A stretch of 64,000 nt of DNA from a virus. Lineage: Duplodnaviria; Caudoviricetes. A program made the translations under genes and the position numbers. Positions within the stretch are counted from its first letter, which is position 1. Every line of letters starts with the position of its first letter. This document shows, piece by piece, positions 18,657 through 27,564 of this stretch. Location: IMG/VR virus record IMGVR_UViG_3300020049_008107, positions 9,735-73,734 of that record; one strand, given 5' to 3'. The notes beneath the pieces are model-generated. The model made no database searches. It worked only from the letters and a program-made list of their open reading frames with translations, and had not been told where the DNA came from.

Positions 18657-19363
18657 TGGAAGACATCAAATCTAAAATCAAGAAACTCCTCTCATTGGCA
18701 ACTAGTTCAAACGAAGCTGAAGCAATGTCCGCAATGACCAAAGCACAGGCACTAATGAATGAATACCGCATCAGTAACCTAGACCTTGAGTTATCTGGAA
18801 CTGATAATGAAATGGATATGTCATTAATTCAAGGACTTGGTAATTTTGACCATAAATGGAAGGGATTATTAGCTCAAACCATAGCAGAAGCAAACTATTG
18901 TATGACTATCAAATTCGCAAATGTTGGAACTAAGATAGTTGGTCGTAAAGAGAATATACTTGTAGCGAATGCAATGTTTGAATATGTGTTGTCATTCATC
19001 AAATCTAAGAAGCTTGGAAGTGCTGATCTCAAGAATTATGGTCTTGGTTTCTGGTTAGGTCTAAAGTCTAAACTAGAGGAAGGTAAATCGGCTTGGGTAA
19101 ATCAAACTCCTCATGCTGGAGAATTGGTAGTTGTTTACAATACCGAGATTACTAATCATCTTCAAACTATTGGTATCAAGACCAAATCAGCACCAGTTAA
19201 ATCCGGTATCTCTAGAAAAGGTGATATGGATTACTACGAAAACGGTATTAAAGATGGCAAGAATTTCAATTTATCAAAGCAAATGACCAGTAATGCTAAA
19301 GAATTAGAACAAAAATATGAATATGGCATGTCGCATATAAATGATCACCATTACTCATATTAA
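18656..19363 (+). CDS. DUF2786-domain protein
   Basis: KIKKLLSLATSSNEAEAMSAMTKAQALMNEY N-terminus is the DUF2786 signature. Confidence 0.75.
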   Translation: MEDIKSKIKKLLSLATSSNEAEAMSAMTKAQALMNEYRISNLDLELSGTDNEMDMSLIQGLGNFDHKWKGLLAQTIAEANYCMTIKFANVGTKIVGRKENILVANAMFEYVLSFIKSKKLGSADLKNYGLGFWLGLKSKLEEGKSAWVNQTPHAGELVVVYNTEITNHLQTIGIKTKSAPVKSGISRKGDMDYYENGIKDGKNFNLSKQMTSNAKELEQKYEYGMSHINDHHYSY

Positions 19364-19386
19364 AAGATTACCTTAGCTATTGAAGC

Positions 19387-19752
19387 TTACATAAAATAAT
19401 CCATAAAATTTAGGTCGTTAACCAAAAGGTATTTTTGAAATCCAACTAATTCAGTAATACCTTTTGCACCTTTTAAAGGTGTAACTTCTTTGTACCCAAA
19501 ATTTGGTATTTCACCAACAATCTTTTTCTTTAGTGTTTTAAGGTATACATCAAGTTGCTTTACTTGTTCTGGTTGTAACTTGTCACCAGCACCCATACTA
19601 ACATCTTTGTATATTTCATTGGTGTCATAATTACATGAAGCCCAATTAGAAAGCCGAATATTCTTTTTAGTAAAGGCTTTTGGATCAAAATCAGCTTTTT
19701 GAACCAGTCTTTGTAATTGTGATTTAGTAACTATAAATTTCTTTTCTGTCAT
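19387..19752 (-). CDS. Leader-bearing protein 3 (putative internal head protein)
   Basis: N-terminus MTEKKFIVTKSQLQRLVQKA. Confidence 0.75.
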   Translation of the reverse strand: MTEKKFIVTKSQLQRLVQKADFDPKAFTKKNIRLSNWASCNYDTNEIYKDVSMGAGDKLQPEQVKQLDVYLKTLKKKIVGEIPNFGYKEVTPLKGAKGITELVGFQKYLLVNDLNFMDYFM

Positions 19753-19788
19753 TGGTTTTCTCTATCTGGTGGATTGGGCTCTTTTATA

Positions 19789-20568
19789 TTAAATAATACA
19801 TCCACACCCACCAAAATCAAACTTGTCATCTCGGTTCAGTGTAAGTCCATTTTGGAGCATTGTTCTGTAATCTTCTAGCCACAAATAGTGTATTTTGCCA
19901 TTAATGGTTTTACGTAAAAATGGTCTAACTTTGGGATGTTTTATTCTAATTTGCTTTTCTCTTTCAACGTGTTTATTGTATACTTCAGGACGTTTTTCAT
20001 ATAATAGTTTAAATTGAGCAAGCCCAGACCTAACACAAAAACCAGAACAGTTGTCATGCACTAAGTCTTCCTTGTATGAATTAGAAGGTTGTATTCCTCT
20101 ATCTAATGCGAATTGTATCTTCTCTTGTTTAGTTAGTTGAATCTTTTCTAATACCTGAATTGATGTATATTTAACATGTTTATTTTTGGCAATTGCTGTA
20201 TCAAGCCTGTGTGCTTCACTGTAGTCAATACCTAAATGCATCACAACCTTAGACCTATCAGGGAAAGTGGTAATTATCCATTTTTTAATAATCTTCTTTT
20301 TTAGTTCTAAAGAACATTGCTGCACTCGATTGTTTGATATGTACTTCTTATCTTCAAAAACATCCCATAATCCACGACCATCGGTTAGCCTTATTAACTC
20401 AACACCAGTATAAGTAATGGTATCATCTAGAAATCGGTATAGATCATACCATTCTTCAGTAGTATCAGCAAACACTGCTTTTGTGTTTTCTATACCATAA
20501 CGATCTTTAGTAAGACACAATTCTATAAAAGAACCCAATCCACCAGATAGAGAAACTATATGTAACAT
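19789..20568 (-). CDS. PAPS-reductase-family (PP-loop) protein
   Basis: HIVSLSGGLGS PP-loop variant, VFADT, HDNCSGFCVRSG, terminal GGCGC. Confidence 0.7.
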   Translation of the reverse strand: MLHIVSLSGGLGSFIELCLTKDRYGIENTKAVFADTTEEWYDLYRFLDDTITYTGVELIRLTDGRGLWDVFEDKKYISNNRVQQCSLELKKKIIKKWIITTFPDRSKVVMHLGIDYSEAHRLDTAIAKNKHVKYTSIQVLEKIQLTKQEKIQFALDRGIQPSNSYKEDLVHDNCSGFCVRSGLAQFKLLYEKRPEVYNKHVEREKQIRIKHPKVRPFLRKTINGKIHYLWLEDYRTMLQNGLTLNRDDKFDFGGCGCII

Positions 20569-20581
20569 TCTCTAATATCGA

Positions 20582-21352
20582 TTATAACAATACTTTTTGT
20601 GTTGTTGTTTTGCCTTCATTAAGTAGTTTATCAAATCTAATTATTCCATTGCCATTAAAATGCACAGTGTCTTTAGAATAATCAATCTTTGGAAATATAC
20701 CAAACATACCAGCAAATTTCTTTTGTAATATAAGATAAGTTGCATTTCCATCTTTTACAATGAGGTCTGCCATATAAGCTTCAAATTGTGGAGCACAAAG
20801 ATTGACATATACATCATAAACTGGTGGTAATCCATATACTATGAACTTAGCTTCAGGATAAAGTGATCTAATTTTAATAAATGCGTTTCGAGCTTCAGTT
20901 TTAGCAAATTCAAGGTCTTGATGTGATAATAACGGATTACCAGCAAGACATCCAAGTATTACGTATTTCACTTGGTTCTTAATCATGTTGTCACCAAGAA
21001 CAATATCCAAATCAATAGCCATTTGTAGCATATTGGGCGAACCAAATCCAGCAACAGCAAAATTGAACTTCTCTTTTACAGCAGTTAATTGGTCACGAGT
21101 AAAATCTAGTAGTGAATCGCCAAAGGCAATTGTGTCTGTGCCAGAATTAGTAGTTTCAATGTTGTGTTTATATTTATCAAGGAATGATGGGTAATCCGGT
21201 CTCATTTGATAGCTACCTACATAAGGCGATACATTAGCGATAGCAGCCCATTTGGCTATACTTTGTGCTCGACTAAGAGCAAACGAATCTTTAGTCTCTT
21301 TCTCATGTATCTTTGCTTGGATTAGTATTTTAGCTCTATCAATGAAGTTCAT
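20582..21352 (-). CDS. SGNH/GDSL hydrolase-family protein
   Basis: FGDSL, AVAG, LAGN and DTVH blocks; start reassigned to ATG 21352. Confidence 0.7.
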   Translation of the reverse strand: MNFIDRAKILIQAKIHEKETKDSFALSRAQSIAKWAAIANVSPYVGSYQMRPDYPSFLDKYKHNIETTNSGTDTIAFGDSLLDFTRDQLTAVKEKFNFAVAGFGSPNMLQMAIDLDIVLGDNMIKNQVKYVILGCLAGNPLLSHQDLEFAKTEARNAFIKIRSLYPEAKFIVYGLPPVYDVYVNLCAPQFEAYMADLIVKDGNATYLILQKKFAGMFGIFPKIDYSKDTVHFNGNGIIRFDKLLNEGKTTTQKVLL

Positions 21353-21357
21353 ATAAG

Positions 21358-21370
21358 TAAATAACCGATA
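21358..21370 (-). promoter_or_regulatory. Putative late promoter TATCGGTTATTTA, 5 nt before ATG
   Basis: Fixed-spacing motif. Confidence 0.65.
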
Positions 21371-21377
21371 ATAAAAC

Positions 21378-21758
21378 ATGGAAGACACAACCGAAAAACC
21401 ACTAATTTTTGATTTTGCTAAGTATACCGAGGTTACAGACCTTGCACTCAAGGTAAATCCAGAATATGAAAAAGCTGGATATATTAGAGTATTTATTTGC
21501 CAAGACGTTAATGACTATTGGTTAGTTCGCATACTCAAAGGTTATGATGAGGACTATAAAGAAGATGAAGACTCATACCTTATGGAGAGAGATAAAATTG
21601 CCAAAGACCACAAATCCGATAAACTAACCTTATCGAAAGTTAAGGCTATTCTCAAGAAAGACGAGTTTGAGAATTGGGACATTAAAGCTCGTAAAAATAT
21701 TAAAGACCTAATCGAGATAATTGATGGTGGATTTGGTATTAACAACTTGAAGGAGTAG
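21378..21758 (+). CDS. Hypothetical protein
   Basis: 126 aa, first gene of a plus-strand island. Confidence 0.65.
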   Translation: MEDTTEKPLIFDFAKYTEVTDLALKVNPEYEKAGYIRVFICQDVNDYWLVRILKGYDEDYKEDEDSYLMERDKIAKDHKSDKLTLSKVKAILKKDEFENWDIKARKNIKDLIEIIDGGFGINNLKE

Positions 21759-21922
21759 AATTTGATATATATTTTAATGAATATAACTACAGGTACACCA
21801 TTATTGTCATACACAAAAGATAAAGAATGGATGGCTCTCAAAGATTTAGAAGACCGTAAAAAACAAAGCGGTCACATGTATCAATTTGAATTAATTCAAT
21901 TATCTTGTATTGGTATGAAATA

Positions 21923-22255
21923 ATGGAAATTAGAACATTTGTTATTATGTGCAATGATGTACCAGAAATGGTTTATGTTGAAAAAGGTGTTCAAGGTAAT
22001 GGTACTTACCCAAAGGAAGAATTAATAAACCTCATTAATCAATTGAGGAATGAACGTATGCAACAAGAAACTACTATGTCTAGAGAAACATATTACCAAG
22101 TTTATCACTGGAGATGGTATCCGATGAAGACAACAATTGGTAAATTAGGGTGTATACATTGTGGTAGTGAGTTATTACTTAGACCATCAACTAATCATGG
22201 TTTAACTGAATCGTTAATTGCGGTGTGTTCTGTTTGTGGCAAGGCAAACAACTAA
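21923..22255 (+). CDS. Hypothetical protein with C-terminal zinc ribbon
   Basis: CIHCG...CSVCG; likely start MEIRTF. Confidence 0.55.
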   Translation: MEIRTFVIMCNDVPEMVYVEKGVQGNGTYPKEELINLINQLRNERMQQETTMSRETYYQVYHWRWYPMKTTIGKLGCIHCGSELLLRPSTNHGLTESLIAVCSVCGKANN

Positions 22256-22899
22256 TGATATACAGATTAATTATTAGACTAAAGAATAAAATGACTATTA
22301 AATGCGAATGTGGTATTCGTTACTTACCTTTTAATAAGAAATTAGTATGTCCATCTTGTGGAGCAATTAAATTGAAATATATTGACTTAATTATTCAAGT
22401 ATTGTGGTTATTTCTTCCAATTATTTGGAAGGTTGTGCAACTTGTTAGCCCACTCGCTATTGTTGTAATATTGGTCTATTTGGTGATTTCAAGATGGACA
22501 TAAAATCCGAATGGAAGATTGAAAATGGATTAATTGTCCTATATTGCAATGGAATAGTTGTTGCAAAACAAGTTATAAGTAAATACCAATTAACTATTCA
22601 ATGTACCAGTATATTCAAGAAGTGGGACTTCATTGTATTCGATGGAAGTCTTTCCGATTTCACCAAGAAAGAAATAGAGAACTATATATCAAGTCAAATG
22701 TGGGTAGGTTAATGTAATGCCATTTATTGAGATTAATTCTGGTAGAGAGAAAACGCTTATACTGGTGCATCATATAACCAGTATAGAAACAACCGATAAC
22801 GGAAACTGCAATATCAATGTGTCTAATGGTGATAAATATTACGACATCAAGACTTATGATGTAGTGAAGTCCTTAATAAAGGAATCAAAGATGTACTAA
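22252..22899 (+). other. Three coupled small hypothetical CDSs (about 22252-22503, 22494-22712, 22717-22899)
   Basis: Overlapping ATG starts; the first has CEC/CPSC plus a hydrophobic C-terminus. Confidence 0.5.
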
Positions 22900-23180
22900 G
22901 TGTTTTTTGGTTCGCCTTTCTGCATAAGACCACCACAGATTGATTTAAATTCAGTTATAATGTGCGAAACTGGTATAACCCCTACAACATGTTTGTGTAG
23001 TCTAAGGCATTGTACTACTCTGAGTATGCTGGTTTCATTAAGTTCTTTGTCTAGTATTAGAGCTATACACCTTTTTAGGTCTAATGATTGGTCGGGTGTT
23101 AATTCTTTTTTGCTGTGTTCTAATCTGTCTATTTCTTGGAATAGTGGTGATATGTGATAAGATTCTACTATCAAGTCCAA
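22896..23180 (-). CDS. Hypothetical protein
   Basis: 94 aa coupled to leader-bearing protein 4. Confidence 0.5.
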   Translation of the reverse strand: MDLIVESYHISPLFQEIDRLEHSKKELTPDQSLDLKRCIALILDKELNETSILRVVQCLRLHKHVVGVIPVSHIITEFKSICGGLMQKGEPKNT

Positions 23181-23470
23181 CTAGTAACCAGATTGTACAC
23201 AAGTTGTAGTGATTCCATTATTTTTTTTTGAATTTTTCTGTCTGTTATTTTCTGGGCATTACCCATAGCTTCAGCGGTTGCTTGCTGTAAGTGGAGTTTG
23301 GTCATTTCAAATGCTTCATCAAATTCGTCTTCTAAATACTTATCCTTCCAGTTATCTTTTCCACCAACAGCCGATTCAAAGGCAACGGGTGATTTTGGAT
23401 CAACTTCGTCTTTAGCTTTAATTACTAAACGTTTTAATTGTGATTTGGTTACTAGGTATTTGGAATCCAC
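23171..23470 (-). CDS. Leader-bearing protein 4 (putative internal head protein)
   Basis: GTG start, MDSKYLVTKSQLKRLVIKA. Confidence 0.75.
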   Translation of the reverse strand: MDSKYLVTKSQLKRLVIKAKDEVDPKSPVAFESAVGGKDNWKDKYLEDEFDEAFEMTKLHLQQATAEAMGNAQKITDRKIQKKIMESLQLVYNLVTSWT

Positions 23471-23475
23471 AACAT

Positions 23476-23488
23476 TAAATAACCGATA
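23476..23488 (-). promoter_or_regulatory. Putative late promoter TATCGGTTATTTA, 5 nt before GTG
   Basis: Fixed-spacing motif. Confidence 0.65.
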
Positions 23489-23495
23489 CTATTTT

Positions 23496-23991
23496 ATGGA
23501 ATCTAAAGTAAGTTTATCGCTTGGCAGTGCTGGATGTTATGGCACTCACAATTTCTGTCCTTTTTTAAAAGTTAATGATGAGTTTGTCTGTTCTAGGCAT
23601 GGCAAACTATTAAAACATCCAAGAGATAATCAACCTTGGAGAAGTAAAATGTGTGTTGATATTTCAATCCTTTTTATTTTTGGACTTGTGGCATTTTTTG
23701 GTGCACCGTCTAATAACCCACCACTTGATCCAATTCCATTTGGTATTACCTTTGGTTCTTCGTTTGTGATATCAATTAGACTTTTTATTAATTAGGAGAC
23801 TATATATGGATAAAATTATAATTAATGGTGATGTTCAGAGATTATCAAGACTACCAAAGCCACTAGAAGGTGGAACATTGGAGATAGCAATAGAAAAATG
23901 CAATGTACCACTTCAAAATATAACGGATATTATTCTTAAACATCCCAAGAAAAGAATAAAAGTATTGGTTGTTTTAGTCGAGGAGGACTAA
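23496..23991 (+). other. Two small hypothetical CDSs (23496-23795, 23806-23991)
   Basis: ATG at 23496 (MESKV..., Cys-rich, hydrophobic C-terminus); AGGAG before 23806. Confidence 0.55.
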
Positions 23992-23993
23992 TT

Positions 23994-24317
23994 ATGTGGA
24001 TACAATCAACATTAGGCGATTTTAGTATAGTAAAACACCATTCCAAACAAGAATGGTTAATTAAAACTAGACACAAGGAAGACATTAAGAATGCCTGTAA
24101 TGCATTAGGATATAAACAATTAAAAATAATCATTGTTGACAAGACTGCTGATTATAAATATAGAATTATTATACCATACAAAGACTTTCTTGATTTTATG
24201 ACTATTCTAGCGCACCAAGTTGAATACCCAAATTTTAAAGCACACGAACAAACCAAACGTACGCCTAAACGATTAAAAGCTCTTTATGAAGTTTACAATG
24301 CTTTAAAGAAGCCCTGA
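23994..24317 (+). CDS. Conserved phage hypothetical protein
   Basis: MWIQSTLGDFSIV...ADYKYRI...YPNFK pattern; GAGG upstream. Confidence 0.65.
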   Translation: MWIQSTLGDFSIVKHHSKQEWLIKTRHKEDIKNACNALGYKQLKIIIVDKTADYKYRIIIPYKDFLDFMTILAHQVEYPNFKAHEQTKRTPKRLKALYEVYNALKKP

Positions 24318-24340
24318 AAATGGGCTTCCTTTTGTTTTCT
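24308..24340 (+). terminator. Rho-independent terminator
   Basis: GAAGCCC-TGAAAAT-GGGCTTC hairpin followed by a T-rich tract at a convergent junction. Confidence 0.7.
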
Positions 24341-24346
24341 TTGGTA

Positions 24347-24508
24347 CTAGGCTGGGTTTTCGGCTACAACAGTAGCGGATTCGTTTTTAGCGGCTATTTC
24401 TCTTTCAACTGCCTCTTTTAGTTTTTCAATTGAGGTATTGGTGATACCAAGCAATTCTGCCACTGGCTTGCCCGAATTATCCCTAACTATTATAGGTTTA
24501 TCTGGCAT
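24347..24508 (-). CDS. Small hypothetical protein (53 aa)
   Basis: Manual: MPDKPIIVRDNSG...; starts 2 nt after the tube stop. Confidence 0.5.
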   Translation of the reverse strand: MPDKPIIVRDNSGKPVAELLGITNTSIEKLKEAVEREIAAKNESATVVAENPA

Positions 24509-24509
24509 A

Positions 24510-24941
24510 TTAACCTGTTTGAGTAGGATTCCAATCCCAAGGAGCTAGGGTAGTTTTGAGTTTGGCAAACTGTCTGTCTTTTTGGTCAAATGCTGGATTA
24601 ATAAACCCTAGCATCTCGCAATCAGGAAATGAATCCCTACGATAGGCAGTAGTAATATCACCTGATTTATCAGTATAGAGCATCACTACATCTCTCGCAA
24701 ATTTACCAGAGGTTCTCCAATCAAGGAAATATTTAAGTACTGCAGAGGTACGCTTAACAAGATATTCTACTTCAAGAGCTTTGATCTTTTCCATACCAGA
24801 ACCAATAAGGCGAACTTTACCATTTTCCGGTACTTCAATTGGATCTTCATCAACACCAGATTCTGAGATTGTAAGTAATCCAGGCAATTGATATCCATTT
24901 ATTAGTAAAATTCGTACATCTGAAATCCCTTGTCTTTGCAT
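24510..24941 (-). CDS. Tail tube protein
   Basis: 143 aa; T4 gp19-like pattern (IEVPENG...LKYFLDWR...RDVVM...); downstream of sheath. Confidence 0.7.
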   Translation of the reverse strand: MQRQGISDVRILLINGYQLPGLLTISESGVDEDPIEVPENGKVRLIGSGMEKIKALEVEYLVKRTSAVLKYFLDWRTSGKFARDVVMLYTDKSGDITTAYRRDSFPDCEMLGFINPAFDQKDRQFAKLKTTLAPWDWNPTQTG

Positions 24942-24960
24942 ATAATACCTGTTTGCTGTC

Positions 24961-27120
24961 CTATATTTCTTCTAAATAAAATATGTATTTATAAGTCAAA
25001 TGTGTTTCATTTATCTTAGTAACATTATATACTAAATTTCTTGGCAGGAGTACTTCAAATTCCTTATCCTCAAATGAACCAGCAAGCTTGTTGATATACA
25101 CACCAGATTTAGTTTGTATTATCATCCTATAAGGTCTATTAAAAGCCTTATCTTCTTTAATAGAGGTAGAGGTAAATCCGCGTAAAATAAGTGGTTGTTT
25201 AGCATTAAATCTGTCTAATATTACCTTAGCTAACTGGTCTGTATCAAATCCCCTATATACAACACCAGCAAATTTAGGTGCATACAGTAGGAATCTATCA
25301 ACATTTCTAATGTCAACTAGCTCATTAGCGGTTAATTTAGTATTAAACCTAAGTCCTTGATTATAATCATGACCTGAACCAGTGTATGCACTAACCGATT
25401 GTACTATGTCAGGAGACTTAGCCTTTACATCACTAATATACTTATTAATATTCTTTTCATGATTTTTAGGTACAATATCCATCACCCTAGACATACCAAG
25501 ACTAGACAGGTCTTTACTTGTCGGATCATAAGGCAAACAAGTAGTAGATTCAATATGTTGTATCATTTGTGACACTTCAGACTTCGAATTTACCCTAATA
25601 CCAGTAGTTAGTTCATACCAAGTAGTTAGCTTTTTAAATTTAGGGTGTGACTGTAATTCACCCATATCAGTATCAAGTATATCATTCTTCTCATTTTTAT
25701 CAAGTACTACAGCAGAACCATAATTGTTATTGATAAATCTTTTTTGCATATAATTAAATCTTGCTTTAAGAATGGCATATATACTACTAGTTTTAATAAC
25801 GTTTAGTACTTTAAGCATTTGGGGTTGATATTTATTGAACTGTTTAATTAAGTCGTCTTCATCTAAAGCACCAAACACCTTAGAAGCTTCTGGATTTATA
25901 CTACCATTACGCATAGTCTCAAATTCTGTCACTTCTTTGGTAAGGTCTTTATTTCCACCAGTAGCCTTGTAGGTTAGTGCGCCACCATTATCAATCCTAT
26001 AGACCTTACCATCTTTTACTATGATATTGCTACCACCAGTACCAATTACATCCCAATTTCCAAGCCATGCATCAATGATAAATGAGGAACGAAGTTTAAG
26101 TATAGCCGAATTTCTATCATTTTCAGAAAGCTTACCAAATTCAGTGCCATCAATATACTTAGATAGTTGGTATGCCTTACCTTGGTCATCGGATTTGATT
26201 GTAGTTTCTGGTACATCAATACCAATAGTGTTGTATATGCTATTAGCTAAACTTTCACTCTGTATGTGTCCAGCACTAGCACCATATTTTTGAACATAGA
26301 CTATTCCATCGACTAACACTGGTTTTGCTCCAGTAGAAGATGAACCAATAATTGGTAAAGTGGGTGTTACATTAGCAGACTTTGGAAGTGCCGTTTGATT
26401 AGAAGTCTTATCCTCAAGCTTTATACCAGTTCCATAAGTCTTAATAAGATATAAGATTTCGAGTTTGGTCATTGATGATATCTTATCACCTTGAACTTTA
26501 CCAATGTCACCCAGATAGTATAATTGCTCTTGTATAAATGGATCAGCATGGAACTTCTGAATTGTTAAGAACTTATATTTGTCTAATGGGTGTGGTTCTG
26601 GTTTCTTATTTGCTACAGTTCCAGTTGATGATAATGGTGTAGATGTAGTGGGTTTGTCTAGTTTGGACTTATTTCCACTATCAATCTTATCAGTATATTT
26701 TTGATATAAAGTAACAATTAGAGTATTTGATATAGAAGAGTTTGTTGGAACTAACCACTTGAAAAATCTCCAATCTGGAAATACATTTGGATAAAATGTC
26801 CACTTATTAAGCATTCTATTAAATGCATCAAAAGCTTCAGGACTAGACCTTTTTAATAAGACGGTTTTAACTAGTGCTGATACTAATTTTGTAGTGTCGG
26901 CATTCATATAATTAATGAATTCGCGTTTTTTGGTTCGGTCTAGATAAAAACCAGAGTAACCCTTTAATATGTGGATTTTTGATGCTTTATTGGCAAATAT
27001 CTGTTTAAATGTTGAAGTAATAGAAGAACTATTAAAATTAGATGTTACATCAGTTGATTTTCTTACTAATATTGATGTAGCTTGAAGATGTAAAGATTTT
27101 AATACCTCAAGTCTATGCAT
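24961..27120 (-). CDS. Multidomain kinase-like + ADP-ribosyltransferase (R-S-E clade) protein
   Basis: Kinase-like: VQK, SESLANSIY..IGIDVP, DAWLGNWDVIG..SNI, RIDNGG. ART: YTGSGHDYNQGLR, VYRG, FTSTS, KEFEVLLPR. Confidence 0.8.
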   Translation of the reverse strand: MHRLEVLKSLHLQATSILVRKSTDVTSNFNSSSITSTFKQIFANKASKIHILKGYSGFYLDRTKKREFINYMNADTTKLVSALVKTVLLKRSSPEAFDAFNRMLNKWTFYPNVFPDWRFFKWLVPTNSSISNTLIVTLYQKYTDKIDSGNKSKLDKPTTSTPLSSTGTVANKKPEPHPLDKYKFLTIQKFHADPFIQEQLYYLGDIGKVQGDKISSMTKLEILYLIKTYGTGIKLEDKTSNQTALPKSANVTPTLPIIGSSSTGAKPVLVDGIVYVQKYGASAGHIQSESLANSIYNTIGIDVPETTIKSDDQGKAYQLSKYIDGTEFGKLSENDRNSAILKLRSSFIIDAWLGNWDVIGTGGSNIIVKDGKVYRIDNGGALTYKATGGNKDLTKEVTEFETMRNGSINPEASKVFGALDEDDLIKQFNKYQPQMLKVLNVIKTSSIYAILKARFNYMQKRFINNNYGSAVVLDKNEKNDILDTDMGELQSHPKFKKLTTWYELTTGIRVNSKSEVSQMIQHIESTTCLPYDPTSKDLSSLGMSRVMDIVPKNHEKNINKYISDVKAKSPDIVQSVSAYTGSGHDYNQGLRFNTKLTANELVDIRNVDRFLLYAPKFAGVVYRGFDTDQLAKVILDRFNAKQPLILRGFTSTSIKEDKAFNRPYRMIIQTKSGVYINKLAGSFEDKEFEVLLPRNLVYNVTKINETHLTYKYIFYLEEI

Positions 27121-27121
27121 G

Positions 27122-27280
27122 TTAGTTTGTAGATAACATTTCTTCCATGTCTTGTGGTAAATTGAGTGAATTGTAGAGCTTGTCTACTGCAAAATCCAAA
27201 TCTGACTTCTTTATATCAGTGGGTTTGTCTTTTGCAGGAGCCTCAGGCTCTGGTATTAAGTCGGAATCTTCATCTTTCAT
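27122..27280 (-). CDS. Small acidic hypothetical protein (52 aa)
   Basis: Manual: MKDEDSDLIPEPEAP...; coupled on both sides. Confidence 0.5.
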   Translation of the reverse strand: MKDEDSDLIPEPEAPAKDKPTDIKKSDLDFAVDKLYNSLNLPQDMEEMLSTN

Positions 27281-27552
27281 AATTTGGCAAGCTCAGCATC
27301 AACAACAGACTTTGATTTTGAAAAGTCCTTATTTTTGCCTTGTTTTAGTATCTTATCTGTAGCTTTATCAATTATTGACCAATTAGAAGTCTTTCTATTA
27401 ACAAAACACTCAAGAATTTTTTGGTCATCATTAATAACAGTTTTAGTAAACCCATTACCAGCAGCATTAAGTTTCCAATCATCAGTTACACTAACTGCCT
27501 TCTGTACCAGTCTTTTTAGTTGACTCTTTGTAACTATAAATCTTTTTTCCAT
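27277..27552 (-). CDS. Leader-bearing protein 5 (putative internal head protein)
   Basis: N-terminus MEKRFIVTKSQLKRLVQKA. Confidence 0.75.
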   Translation of the reverse strand: MEKRFIVTKSQLKRLVQKAVSVTDDWKLNAAGNGFTKTVINDDQKILECFVNRKTSNWSIIDKATDKILKQGKNKDFSKSKSVVDAELAKL

Positions 27553-27564
27553 ATTTTATTATCG

